Source of the DNA: Octopus sinensis
Lineage: Eukaryota
Direction: 5' to 3'
Assembly: GCF_006345805.1 (NCBI RefSeq)
Contig: NC_043005.1
Location: 55,738,001-55,802,000 of the forward strand
DNA: 64,000 nt
The notes below the pieces were generated by a model, which worked only from the letters and a program-made list of their open reading frames with translations, was not told the origin of the DNA and ran no database searches. The position numbers were made by a program, and so were the translations under genes. Shown one piece after another: positions 12,470 through 24,623 of this stretch (its first letter is position 1; each line of letters starts with the position of its first letter).

Positions 12470-14050
12470 CAGACCCCTTGTTTACAAATTAATTTGTTTC
12501 TGACTAGTGGGGTCAGTATGGTGGGGTATTATCATCCATAGAAAACAATGTTGATTCTTAAACTGTTTAAAATTGAAAAGAAGGTTAAAATAGAAATAGC
12601 AATATTCAAAAGTATAATTTTTTATTCAATCACAAACTTCAGAAAGAAAAAAAATAGAAAAACATATAAAACAAAAAAATTCAGCTCATGGAACTTAATT
12701 CATATCTATTGGGTCTGCCATCACTGGGGCCTCTTGAGCACATGTCAATTCCATTTGTTGAGTTTCTTCTTGTATTGATGTTTCATCTGCATTAGCTTTA
12801 TTCGTTAAAAAAATTATCTAAAGTTGTTTGTTGAAAAGATTTATTCTTTATTTCATGGTAGATTTCATGAAAACAAGCATGACCTCCTATTAAATTTGCA
12901 GCAACAGTTGAGCTTCTTTCAAAATTGGTATCTTGCTGCTCAAAGATTTCAATTGCTTTTTCAATGTGAAGAAATGCTTTATTTAGTTTTTTTGCAGAGA
13001 AGTGTCTTTCAGATCCTCCTCCTCCTCCTCCTCCTTCTCCTTCTTCTTCTTCTTCTTCTTCTTCTTCTTTTTCTTCACATTCTTCAGAGCTTCTTTAACA
13101 TCTTCAGGTGAAATTTCAAAGTTCAGTTCCTTTGCAATGTTTATGATCATGTCAATTTCTTTTTGGAGACCTTTATGAAGATTATCAAAGTCATTCAAAA
13201 TTATCAATTAATATGGGGCAGAATTTTTTCATAATTCTTTGCGTGTTCTTTACAGCGATTTTATCCCATGCTTTCTTTATCAATTTTATTGCATCAAGGA
13301 TGTTGAAACTCTTCCAAAATTCTTAAATCATAGAACCATTTTCTTTATCAGTCACTTTGATGAGTCTTTCAAAGGGAAAACAGAGATAGTAAGATTTAAA
13401 ACAATTAAATGGCTCCTTGATCCATAGGCTACAATAAAAATGTCATATTGGGAGGTAAAATAACATTAATATTTTGATGGGGATTCTTTAGAAATGCAGC
13501 ATGACTGGGAGCATTATCCATTATCAAAAGAATCTTGAAAGGAATTTTTTTTATCCTTCCAATACTTTTCTACTTCGAGAACAAAGTGATTAGATTACCA
13601 ATCTTCAAATAGAGTTCCTGTCACCCAAGCTTTTTTGTTATGCTTCCAGATTATGGGAAGTTTCATCTTATCAATTCTTTTTAAAGCACGGAGGTTTTCA
13701 GATTGATAAACAAGCATGGGCTTGAGTTTGCAGTCTCCTTCACAATTTCCTCCCAGAAGCAATGTTATCCTATCTTTTGCAACTTTGAATCCTGGCATTG
13801 AAGATTCTTCTCTTGCAATAAAAATCCTTGAAGGAATTTGTTTCAAAAATTAGGCCCGTCTCATCCTTATTAAAAATTTGAGATGGTATAAAGCCTTCTT
13901 CCTCATTCAAATCTGCTAATGGCAAGGAAAAGTTTCTGAAGCTTTTTGATCTGCACTAGACAATTCTCCTTGGATCTTCACATTGCGTAGATTTGCTGAT
14001 TTTTTGAAATAATCAAACCAACCATTGCTCATTGCAATTGTTTCATTTGA
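12470..14050 (-). mobile_element. Degraded pogo/Tigger-family DNA transposon
   Basis: PSRIFIAREESSMPGFKVAKDRITLLLGGN.EGDCKLKPMLVYQSENLRALK...WKHNKKAWVT (Tigger1-like DDE region) and SNGWFDYFKK (CENP-B-type HTH). Frameshifted. Confidence 0.9.
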
Positions 14051-14126
14051 TGCATCTGATTTATATATATATATATATGTATACACACACACACACACAC
14101 ACACACATACATACACACACACACAC

Positions 14127-14178
<52 letters not shown>

Positions 14179-14999
14179 ATTCAAGACAAAACCACTATTT
14201 TGCAAAACAAACAAGGAAAGACTTAATCAATACATAAAAATTTTAATATAAAGAAATAAACCGCCACTACATTTTATTTTTGTTTTTGTTTTTTGTTTTT
14301 TTGTTTTTTGTACATCTTTAAATATGAGAACTTTAATAATAGGTTTCTTTATATTCAATTGTTTATAGGGTTTATTTTAGATTATATATTGATTATATAT
14401 AGATTATATATATTTATATTTTTCATTGATAATTTTATTATTTTAAACTTATATTTTAATATATTGATATTTTAGATCGAAAATCCACCTAACAAATGTC
14501 ATTGAAGACATGAAACGATTGTAGTGGCGGTTTATTTCTTTATATTAAAATTTTTATGTATTGATTAAGTCTTTCCTTGTTTGTTTTGCAAAATAGTGGT
14601 TTTGTCTCGAATTATATTATATAATATTTTACTATAAAATTGGATTTAATCCTAAATCTAATTTTTCCCTGTAAATTTGGATTTATTCCCTAATATTTAT
14701 TATTATTATTTTTATATATATATATATATACAGACACACACACACACACATATATATATATTGCCAGATCAGACTGGGTCTGGTGCAGCCTTCTGGCTTC
14801 CCAGACCCCAGTTGAACCGTCCAACCCATGCTAGCATGGAAAGCTGACGCTAAATGATGATGATGATGATGATATGCATATATATATGATTGGAGCCTGG
14901 TGCAACCATCTGGTTTCCCAGTCCTCAGTCAAATTGTCCAACCCATGCTAGCATGGAAAGCGGATGTTAAACGATGATGATGATGATGATATATATATA

Positions 15000-15059
<60 letters not shown>

Positions 15060-15834
15060 CCATATCTGTTTGTATGTATATATCTATGTATTTATCTATC
15101 TGTCTATCTTTGTGCGTGTGTATGTGTGCATGTGTGTACCTGTGTGTGCATGTGTGTGTTTCTACTACTGCTAGAAGTTCTGTCACTTTTAACCAGAGCT
15201 GATGGAATCAAGCCATAACAAAGTCAGAGGAGGAAGGACTAGGAAGCATTTGTTAGTAGCAAGAGCTAGAAATCAATCAGTTACAGATCAATAGATCATG
15301 TTACTAAAGTGTTGATTTTTAACAAAATGTTTTACTTCCCAATCACCAACACCTCTGTACACCCCCCCCCCCACACACACCACACACTCTTTCCCTTTGT
15401 CACTTCTCTGTCTCTCTGTCTCTCTCTCTCCTCCTTCTACTCCTTTTATAAATTGATATATTGATTATCGAATAGAAAATTCACTCGTTTTGAAAAATAA
15501 ACATTAAAAGACACAAGATAAACATTTCTTTCCTAACATATCTCATTAATTAACCAGAGGGAAGCAGAAATCATTTTCGATTTTGTGAAAGTAAAAAAAA
15601 AAAAAGGAGGGAGAAAAAGAAAGAATGGAGAGGGGGAGAAAAAGAAAGAATGGAGAGGGGGAGAAAAAGGAAGAAAGAGAAGGAAAAGACAGAGAGAAAA
15701 AAAGATGAATAAATGAATAACAATATTTGATGTTAAATACATTATTTTAAGTTTAAAAGTTACACCAAAATATCTTTTAATCTCTGGAAAAACTTCAGCA
15801 TCTTCAGGAGGGAAAAGATGATATCTTTACTTAC

Positions 15835-16027
15835 CTCATTGACAACATCCTTATCAGAAGGAAGATGCAGTTTCCTACAGATGTTCTGTATATGTTCAGC
15901 TCGCAGATAACCTTCCCGATCTTTGTCATATTTCAGGAAGAGTTCAAAGACCTCTGCTCTGTCAGTCAAACCAATGCTTTTCATGTGAGTGATAGTTTTT
16001 GCCACAAGGGCACATAAGTCTCCTGGT
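15835..16027 (-). CDS. EFHC1: EFHC1 exon, first EF-hand (PGDLCALVAKT...FLKYDKDREGYLRAEHIQNICRKLHLPSDKDVVNE)
   Basis: tctttcag| and GAG|GTAAGT. 193 nt, phase 2 to 0. Aligns with the EFHC1 C-terminal region (YDKE.SGY...ICE.L..P.D). Confidence 0.93.
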
Positions 16028-16083
16028 CTGAAAGATTAATTGAATGAAATTTAGAATTTTACTGGAAATTCTCTAAATTACAG

Positions 16084-16252
16084 GTCATTAGAGAAGCGCC
16101 TGAAAGAGTTGGCAACAGGAAAGAAATCTGACCCCCCACCAGAAAGAAAAAACATAAAAAGGAGAAGACAAAAAAAACTCTACTACCTCAGGAAATTTAT
16201 CCAAACTATGACAGCCCAGAAAAGTGAACATGCCATGAGTGATGAAAGATGA
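16084..16252 (+). other. Terminal-exon-like segment antisense to EFHC1 (SLEKRLKELATGKKSDPPPERK...SDER*)
   Basis: ttctctaaattacag|, then 55 open codons to TGA. The sequence is purine-rich, so long ORFs arise more easily. Confidence 0.35.
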
Positions 16253-17249
16253 ATGAAAATGATAATGATGGTGATAATGATGATGATGATGAGGAAGCTG
16301 GTGGTTTTTGTGATGGTGGGGAATAATGAATGATGACAACAGTGATGATGATGAAGCAGTGATACCAAAGCCTACATATATGCATACATACTGAGACCTC
16401 CTTTGGTCATGTCTGACCCTGGGATTGCTCCTAGAAAGTTACTCTCCCAGGCACAAGTTACTCTCCTAGGCACAAGTTACTCTCCCAACAGTCGTCCATG
16501 CATACCAGCCTCCCCTCTCCGTGCCACTGTGTTATCTAAGCGAAAGGCAAAAGCCGATACAATTTGACACCAGTGACGTTGCATCTCATTTCTACAGCTG
16601 AGTGAACTGGAGCAATGTGAAATAAAGTGTCTTGCTTAAGAACACAGCACACAGCCCAGTCCAGGATTCAAACTCACAACCTCACAATTGTAAGGTCAAC
16701 GTCCTAACCACTGAGCCATGTGCCTTCACATGCATACATACTCATATACATATATATATATACACATACACCCATATATATGTATACATACATACATACA
16801 TACATACATACATACATACATACATACATACATACATACATACATACATACATACATACATACATACACACATACATACATATATATATTATAATGAGGG
16901 AGGCCAGTTTATGGGGTTACCCTGGGTTTCTCGTCCATAAGGGGTTTGGCCTTGCAGCATATCATCAGATCCCAAACCTGTTGGCCTTGATGAGATCTTA
17001 GGCCAACAGATTTGGGGTCTAACGATACACCATAAGGCCAAACCCCTTATGGACAAGAAATCCAAGGTAACTCCAGAAAACAGCCCCCCATTATAATATT
17101 AACTGCTCTACATCTTATGGAGTGCTTCTTAGGATTTATATTTTTCCACAAACTATCTATCTATCTATATATATATATATATATATATATATCAATATAT
17201 CTATCAATATATCTATATATATATATATACATATATATTGTCCTTTAGA

Positions 17250-17440
17250 AAATCGGTGTTTTGCAGGAGATCATGAGTATTATTACATAGGTTCAGCTGC
17301 TATAATTTGGAAATCTAGATTTCACCATCATTCTCAATCATTTAAGTATAGAAGAATAGGTAATTCTACAAATCTTAGTAAATGCATTTGGGATTTAAAA
17401 GATAAAAACATTAAGTATGATTTAAAGTGATCCATTATTA
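17250..17440 (+). mobile_element. Penelope-like GIY-YIG endonuclease fragment
   Basis: YYIGSAAIIWKSRFHHHSQSFKY...NSTNLSKCIWDLKDKNIKYDLK. Confidence 0.75.
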
Positions 17441-18121
17441 ATTATGCACCACTGCACAATATTGGCAATTCTACATATGATCTTTTCCATGAAGAAATGT
17501 GTCATATATTTACTTCTAAATTAATATTATCAAATTTTAATAGTAATTTTACAATGAAATGTTGTCATAAATTTCGGAAGACATTTAAATATTTCAATTC
17601 TTAATTATAATTGGTTTTCAGATATCATATAATAAGCATGATTTTTCTAAAAGTGTTTAATATATGTAATAGAAAGATAACTGTCATGACATATAATCTC
17701 TATATTTCTAATTGTCATAACATAGAACTCGTATATGTTTATTATTTATTCCTTCTTTTTCCACTGATTTCACCGAGAGATGAACACAAAAATAGCTTTT
17801 CTTAGATAATATTTCTTCTTAACGTTTTTTTTTTATATATGTTCATGCTCTGGAGGTATTTTAATTTTTTTTTGTCCAAATTGAATTTAACTAATTTTGG
17901 ATCACTTTGAAAATGTGTTAACATGAATTTTTGGACATATTAATTTCAATGATATTTTATGCATCTAAGTATGTTGATACAACAGAAACAGTGGCCAGCT
18001 TTGTATGAGGAATTCAATAATTAAAAGTATGATTTTCTCTATCCATATTTTTGTTGTCTTATACTTTGAATTTCTTGAAATTCTGAGTGATGTTTAGATT
18101 TATTTGCCATACATGAGGAAT

Positions 18122-18430
18122 TACCTTGGATGTTTCATTTTTGGATTTGATTTGCAAGATTCTTTATGTGAGTTTGTTTGTTGAAGCATATTCTTTTTGT
18201 GCCTTATAAGTAAATGCGCTCACAGTAATTTTTCCACTTATTCTTATTTTCCTAAAATTTTCGCTGCATCTTGCAACCTTTTCAAGATGCAATGAAAATT
18301 TAGGAAAATAAAAATAAGAAATAAGTGGAAATTTTACCGGTGAGTGTGTTAAATTATAAGACACAAAAAGAAAATGACTCTCCCCAGACACAATGGAATA
18401 TACCTTGGATGTGCATTCTACTTGCATTTA
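18122..18430. mobile_element. Palindromic MITE-like family (also 24145-24425 and 48230-48590)
   Basis: Three related copies with long internal inverted arms (AATTTCCACTTATTTCTTATT..TTTTCCTAAAATTTTCG). Confidence 0.65.
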
Positions 18431-19689
18431 TTGGTGTCTGATTGTTTGGTATAGTTAACCAAATTTACTTAAATCTGAGTGCTTTATTGATATTTGCCTG
18501 GAGTTTTTAATACTTTTCCTCTTTCTTATATAAACTGGCACTTCATCAGTTACAACAACAGGAGTTCCAGTTGATCCGATCAATGGAACATGCTGCTTGT
18601 GAAATTAATGCATAAGTGGCTGAGCACTCCACAGACACACATACCCATAACATATTTCTCAGGGATTCAGCATGTCATAGAATGTGACAAGGCTGGCTCT
18701 TTGAAATACAAGTACAACTTATTTTTGCAAGCTGAATGGTGCACCGTGAAATGAAGTGTCTTGCTGAAGGACACAGCACACTTCCAGGAATCGAACTCAT
18801 GACCTTATGATTGTGAACCAAATACACTTAACCATTAAGCCACGCATCTTACATATATATATATATATATATATATATACAGGAAGCATATATATGTATG
18901 TATATATATATATGCACACACATACATATACATACATATATATACATATACACACACACACACACACACACAAATATATGTATACACGCTAAGAGCACCA
19001 TCTGAGCATGATTGCTGCCAGAGCAACTGACTGGCTTCCGTGGCAGTGGCACATAAAAAAGCACCATTCAAATGTGATCGTTACCACCATCTTCCTAGTA
19101 GCACTTGTGCCGGTGGCATGTGAAAAACATTCGAGGGAGGTCGTTGCCAGTGCTGCTGAACTGGCTCCTATGCAGGTGGCACATAAAAACCACCACTTGA
19201 GTGTGGCCGTTGCCAGTACTGCCTGACTGGCCCTTGTGCTGGTGGCATGTAAAAGCACCCACTACAGTCTCGGAGTGGTTGGCACCAGGAAGGGCATCCA
19301 GCTGTAGAAACTCTGCCAGATCAAGATTGGAGCCTGGTGCAGCCATCTGGTTCACCAGTCCTCAGTCAAATTGTCCAACCCATGCTAGCATGGAAAGCGG
19401 ATGTTAAACGATGATGATGATGATGATGACATACACATATACACACACATATATATATATACACACACAAAGATACACACACACATACATATATATATAT
19501 ATATGAATATGTACATACATACATATTTAAATATACACACATGCATATATATGCATATATATTTATAGAAGTCTGATAACACCTAGAGAATCAACAGCAG
19601 TATTTGTCTGATATCTAGTACTTATTTTTTACCAACTTGCCAACATGGGACTCTCAACATCACCACTTTCATTTAAACTGATAGAAATT

Positions 19690-20160
19690 AAATAATTAAT
19701 GTTGACATGTGTTAAAGAGTTAATTAATAGGTTAGTACTGAAATGTGAGTGTTAATTAACAGAATGATATTGGAATATGTATGTGAGTTAATAGATTGTT
19801 ATTAAAATATGTGAGAGAGGGAATTGATTAAGAAGGTGATGTCAAAATATATGAGTTAATTAATAGAATAATATAGAAGTAGGAGGGAGTTAATTAATAG
19901 ATTATCAATGATATTTCAGTGTTAATCAATAGATGAATGTTAAAATGTGTGTGAGTTAATTAACAGGTTGATATTAAAATATTAAAATACACAAAAGAAA
20001 ATTAATAAAGTAATATTGAAATTTGAGAGTTTGATGTAAAAAATAAATATCAAATTATGAGAAAATTGATTAAGAGAATAACAGAAATATGTGAGAATGT
20101 TAATTAACAGGTAAATTTTGACATATGGGAGTTGCTCAATCAATAAATTAATAATGATTT
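19690..20160. repeat. Degenerate 30-35-bp tandem array rich in GAGTTAATTAATAG (related array at 24860-25230)
   Basis: Recurring TTAATTAA-centred units, and sub-blocks shared between the two arrays. Confidence 0.6.
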
Positions 20161-21536
20161 CAAATTTTGGTTGGAGGCCAGTAATTGCAGGGAAGGGGGC
20201 AAGTTGATTACATTGACCCCAGTACTTAACTGATACTTATTTTATTGACCCTAAAAGGAAGAAAGGCAAAGTTAACCTCAGAATTTGAACTCAGAATGTA
20301 AAGATGGACAAAATGCTGCTAAGTATAATGCCTGGCACGGTAATGATTCTACCCTAATTCATGAATTAATATTGGTTTCAAATTTTTGCACAAGGCCTGC
20401 AATTTCAGGAGTTGGGTATACGTTGATTACATCAACACTAGTACTTAACTGGTACTTATTTTATCAACCTGGAAAGGATTAAAGACAAAGTCTTGATAGA
20501 ATTTAAATTCGAAGTGTTGAAATGGGAGAAATGCTACAAAGTATTTTGTCTCATAATGATTCTGCCAGTTCACTACCCTAATTAATGGATTAATATTGGT
20601 CTTAAATTTTGGCACAAAGCCAGCAATTTAAGAGGAAGGGTTTAAGCTGATTACATCAACCCCAGTGTTCAACTAGTACTTATTTCATCAATTCTGAAAG
20701 GATTAAGGGCAAAGTCAACTTCAGCCAAACTAATAGATTAATATTAAGAAAAATACATGTATGTGTGTGTTATTCTTATGAGGTCAACTTTGCCTTTCAT
20801 CCTTTCGGGGTTGATGAATTAAGTACCAGTTGAGGACTGAGGTTAACGTAATTGACTAACCATTCCCTCCCTAAAACTTTCAGGACTTGTGTCTATAGTG
20901 GAAAGAATATTAGTAAGTGTGATATCAAATTAATAGACTAATTTTGAAATGTGAGAGAATGACAAGCTTGCAGAAACAATTCTTAACAAATTTACCTTGC
21001 AGAATTTAGTTTCATTTCTTGTTCCGAGACCAAACCTTGCCAGTTTTAGGTTTAGAATGGTTTACACTAATACTAATTCTTGATTCTGTCGACTGACACT
21101 ATTCTTCACAAAATCTGTGAGCACATCAAGAGAACTTACTCTAGGTATTGCAGGTGCGGGCATGAACCTGTAAAGAAGTTTGCTTCTCAACCACATGCTT
21201 TTGGGTTCAGTCCTACTGTGTGGTACACTGAGCTAGTGTCATCTACTAAAAGCCTTATGAGTGGATTTCAGTAAACAAGAAGCTGAAAGGTGGTGAGCTG
21301 GTAAAAACGTTAGTACGCTGGGCGAAATGCTTAGCGGTATTTTGTCTGCCGCTATCTTCTGAGTTCAAATTCCACCAAGGTCGACTTTGCCTTTCATCCT
21401 TTTGGGTAGATAAATTAAGTACCATTTATGTACTGGGGGCGATGTAATTGACTTAATCCCTTTGTCTGTCCTTGTTTGTCCCCTCTATGTTTAGCCCCTT
21501 GTGGGCAATAAAGAAATAAGAAACTGAAAGAAGCCT

Positions 21537-21537
<1 letters not shown>

Positions 21538-21568
<31 letters not shown>

Positions 21569-22935
21569 TTAGCGTCTGTTTTCCATGCTAGCATGGGTTG
21601 GACGGTTTAACTGGGGTCTGTGAAGCCGGAAGGCTTCATCAGGCCCAGTCAGATTTGGCAGTGTTTCTACGGCTGGATGCCCTTCCTAACGCCAACCACT
21701 CCGTGAGTGTTGTGGGTGCTTTTTACATGCCACTTGCACAGGTGCCAGACAGAGCTGGCAAACGGCCACAAACGGATGGTGTTTTTTTTCGTGCCACCGG
21801 CACGGGGGCCAGGAAATGCTGGCAATGGACACAAACGGATGTTGCATTTATGTGCTACCGGCATGGGGGCCAGGCGAGGCTGGCAACGGACATGAGCGGA
21901 TGGTGCTTTTACGTGCCAGGCGGGGCTGGCAATGGACACGAACGGATGGTGCTTTTACGTGCTACCAGCACGGGGGCCAGGTGAGGCTGGCAACGGACAC
22001 GAGCGGATGGTGCTTTTACGTGCCAACGGCACGGGGGCCAGGCGAGGCTGGCAACAGACAAACGATTGGATGGTTCGCTTAACCACAGCTGCAATTTCCA
22101 CTGATGTTGATTTGGTTTGATTTTGACTGTTCTCACTGGTCTTGTCGGGTCTTCTCACGCACAGCATACTTCCATAGGTCTCGGTCTCTAGTCATTTCCT
22201 TGGTGAGACCTAAAGTTCGAAGGTCGTGCTTCACCACCTCGTCCCAGGTTTCCCTGGGTCTACCTTTTCCACAGGTTCCCTCAACTGCTAGAGTGTGGCA
22301 CTTTTGCACACAACTATCTTCACCCATTCTCGTCATATGCCCATACCAGTGCAGACGTCTCTCTTGTACACCACAACTGATGCTTCTTAGGTTCAAATTT
22401 TCTCTCAAAGTACTTACACTCTGTTGATTATGAACACTGACATTACACATCCATCGGAGCATACTGGCTTCATTTCTTGCAAGCTTACGCATATCCTCAG
22501 CAGTCACAGCCCATGTTTCATTACCATGTAGCATGGCTGTACGTACACATGCATCATACAGTCTGCCTTTTACTCTGAGCGAGAGGCCTTTTGTCACCAG
22601 CAGAGGTAAGAGCTCCCTAAACTTTGCCCAGGCTATCCTTACTCTAGCCGTTACACTTTCAGCACCCCCACCCCCACTACTGACTTGGTCACCAAGATAA
22701 CGGAAGCTATCAGCTACTTCTAGTTTTACCCCCTGGAAAGTGACGGAAGTTGTTTTCTGCAGACTTTCAGATGTTAATGCTCCCGAGCATCTGCCACATA
22801 CAAAAACCATCTTCCTAGTTAGCCTTCCTTTGACATTGCTGCACCTCTTATGTGTCCATAGCTTACACTTGGTGCATCTTATAGAGTTTCTACCTACACC
22901 TTTTCTACAGATCGAGCAGGGCCATCTACCTGAAA
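21538..22935 (-). mobile_element. 5'-truncated RTE-X LINE with zinc-finger/PHD-like segment, 3' UTR VNTR and (GAT)n tail
   Basis: 225-aa ORF (FRYLGDQVSSGGG..ARVRIAWAKFRELLPLL...RRLHWYGH...GRPRETWDEVV), preceded by WPCSICRKGVGRNSIRCTKCKLWTHKRCS. Tail ends CATGCTAGCATGGAAAACAGACGCTAAATGATGATG. Confidence 0.9.
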
Positions 22936-22973
22936 TTTATATTAATATGTTTGTGCATGTGTATATGTGTGTG

Positions 22974-23022
<49 letters not shown>

Positions 23023-23791
23023 TTATATGTTTGTTTTGTTCTTTCTCAAGTCAAGCTTAACTAATAGGGACCAGTTTCATTGGGAATTAGGTACCCCACC
23101 TGAACGGGATGCCAGTCCATCACAGATGAGCTGCTAGATGCAGGAAGAAAGAGTGAGAGAAAGTTGTGGCAAAAGAGTCAGCAGAAGTTCACCATTACCT
23201 TCTGCTGGAGCCATGTGGAGCTTAGATGTTTTGCTCATAAACACACACATCACCCTGTCTGATAGTGGAAACCATGATCCCTTAACAAGTCTACTGCTCT
23301 AATCACAAGGCCATGTGCCTCCACATACACACACCCAGAGGTCCATTGCACTTGTGTGATGGTGGTGGTGGTGGTGGTGGTGGTGGTGGTGGTGGTGGTG
23401 GTGAAGTGGCAGTGATGATGATGGTGATGATGATGATGATGATGATGACAAGGTGGAGGATTATCACTTTAGATTAACCCAAGAGAACATCAGATCAAGA
23501 TATATATATATATATATATATATAATCATCATTCTAGACATATCCACATGTCCCAGAAAGCATGGAGTGGACTCATTGAAAAGAGGCATCACACTGAACT
23601 GGACCTATGCCAAAGATCATTAACCTGGAACTATACCAGAGAACACAGACAAACATGTCCCTAAGAGCCTCAGCTGGACTTATCCCAGAGAACACCAAGC
23701 TGACTTATGCTAGACAGTGACAGTGCTGGTTGAGGTGAACAATGTATGAGAACAATGTATGAGAACAATGATGATGATGAAGCATTGGCAC

Positions 23792-23837
<46 letters not shown>

Positions 23838-23917
23838 TTTTTTTCCCAAGTGTCAAACTAATACACTTGCTTGTTGTTCATACACCTGTCTTCGTCCTTT
23901 GTTTTTCTATAAATTTC

Positions 23918-23964
<47 letters not shown>

Positions 23965-24465
23965 CATACATACATACATACGTACGTACGTGTGTGTGTG
24001 TGTGTGTGTGTGGTGTGTGTGTGGTGTGTGTGTGTATGCTTATCTATATATATGTGATGGCTTTTTACAATTCTGTAAATGATAATAATATTATTTTATA
24101 AGCTTAAAGCTTATAAAATATTATTAATATATATGTATGTATCTACATTTCGCTTTTTGATTTGGTTTGCAAGATTCTTTATGTGAGTTCGTGTGCTGGA
24201 ACCATAATTTGTTGTGTCTGGGGAGAGTCATTTTCTTTTTGTGCCTTATAATTTAACATACTCACCGGTAAAATTTCCACTTATTTCTTATTTTTATTTT
24301 CCTAAAATTTTCATTGCCTCTTGTACCCTTTTCAATAGTCTTGAAACAAGACTATTGAAAAGGTTGCAAGACGCAACGAAAATTTTTGGAAAATAAAAAC
24401 AAGAAATAAGTGGAAATTTTACCAGTGGAAAGTGGATTTAGTTGATCGAAACTGAAAGAAGCCAT

Positions 24466-24623
<158 letters not shown>

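Noticed and set aside
21003-21144. Plus-strand exon-like segment (NLVSFLVPRPNLASFRF.../ILSTDTILHKICEHIKRTYS)
   Set aside because: It needs an assumed frameshift to be open. It could be a pseudo-exon but is not supportable alone.
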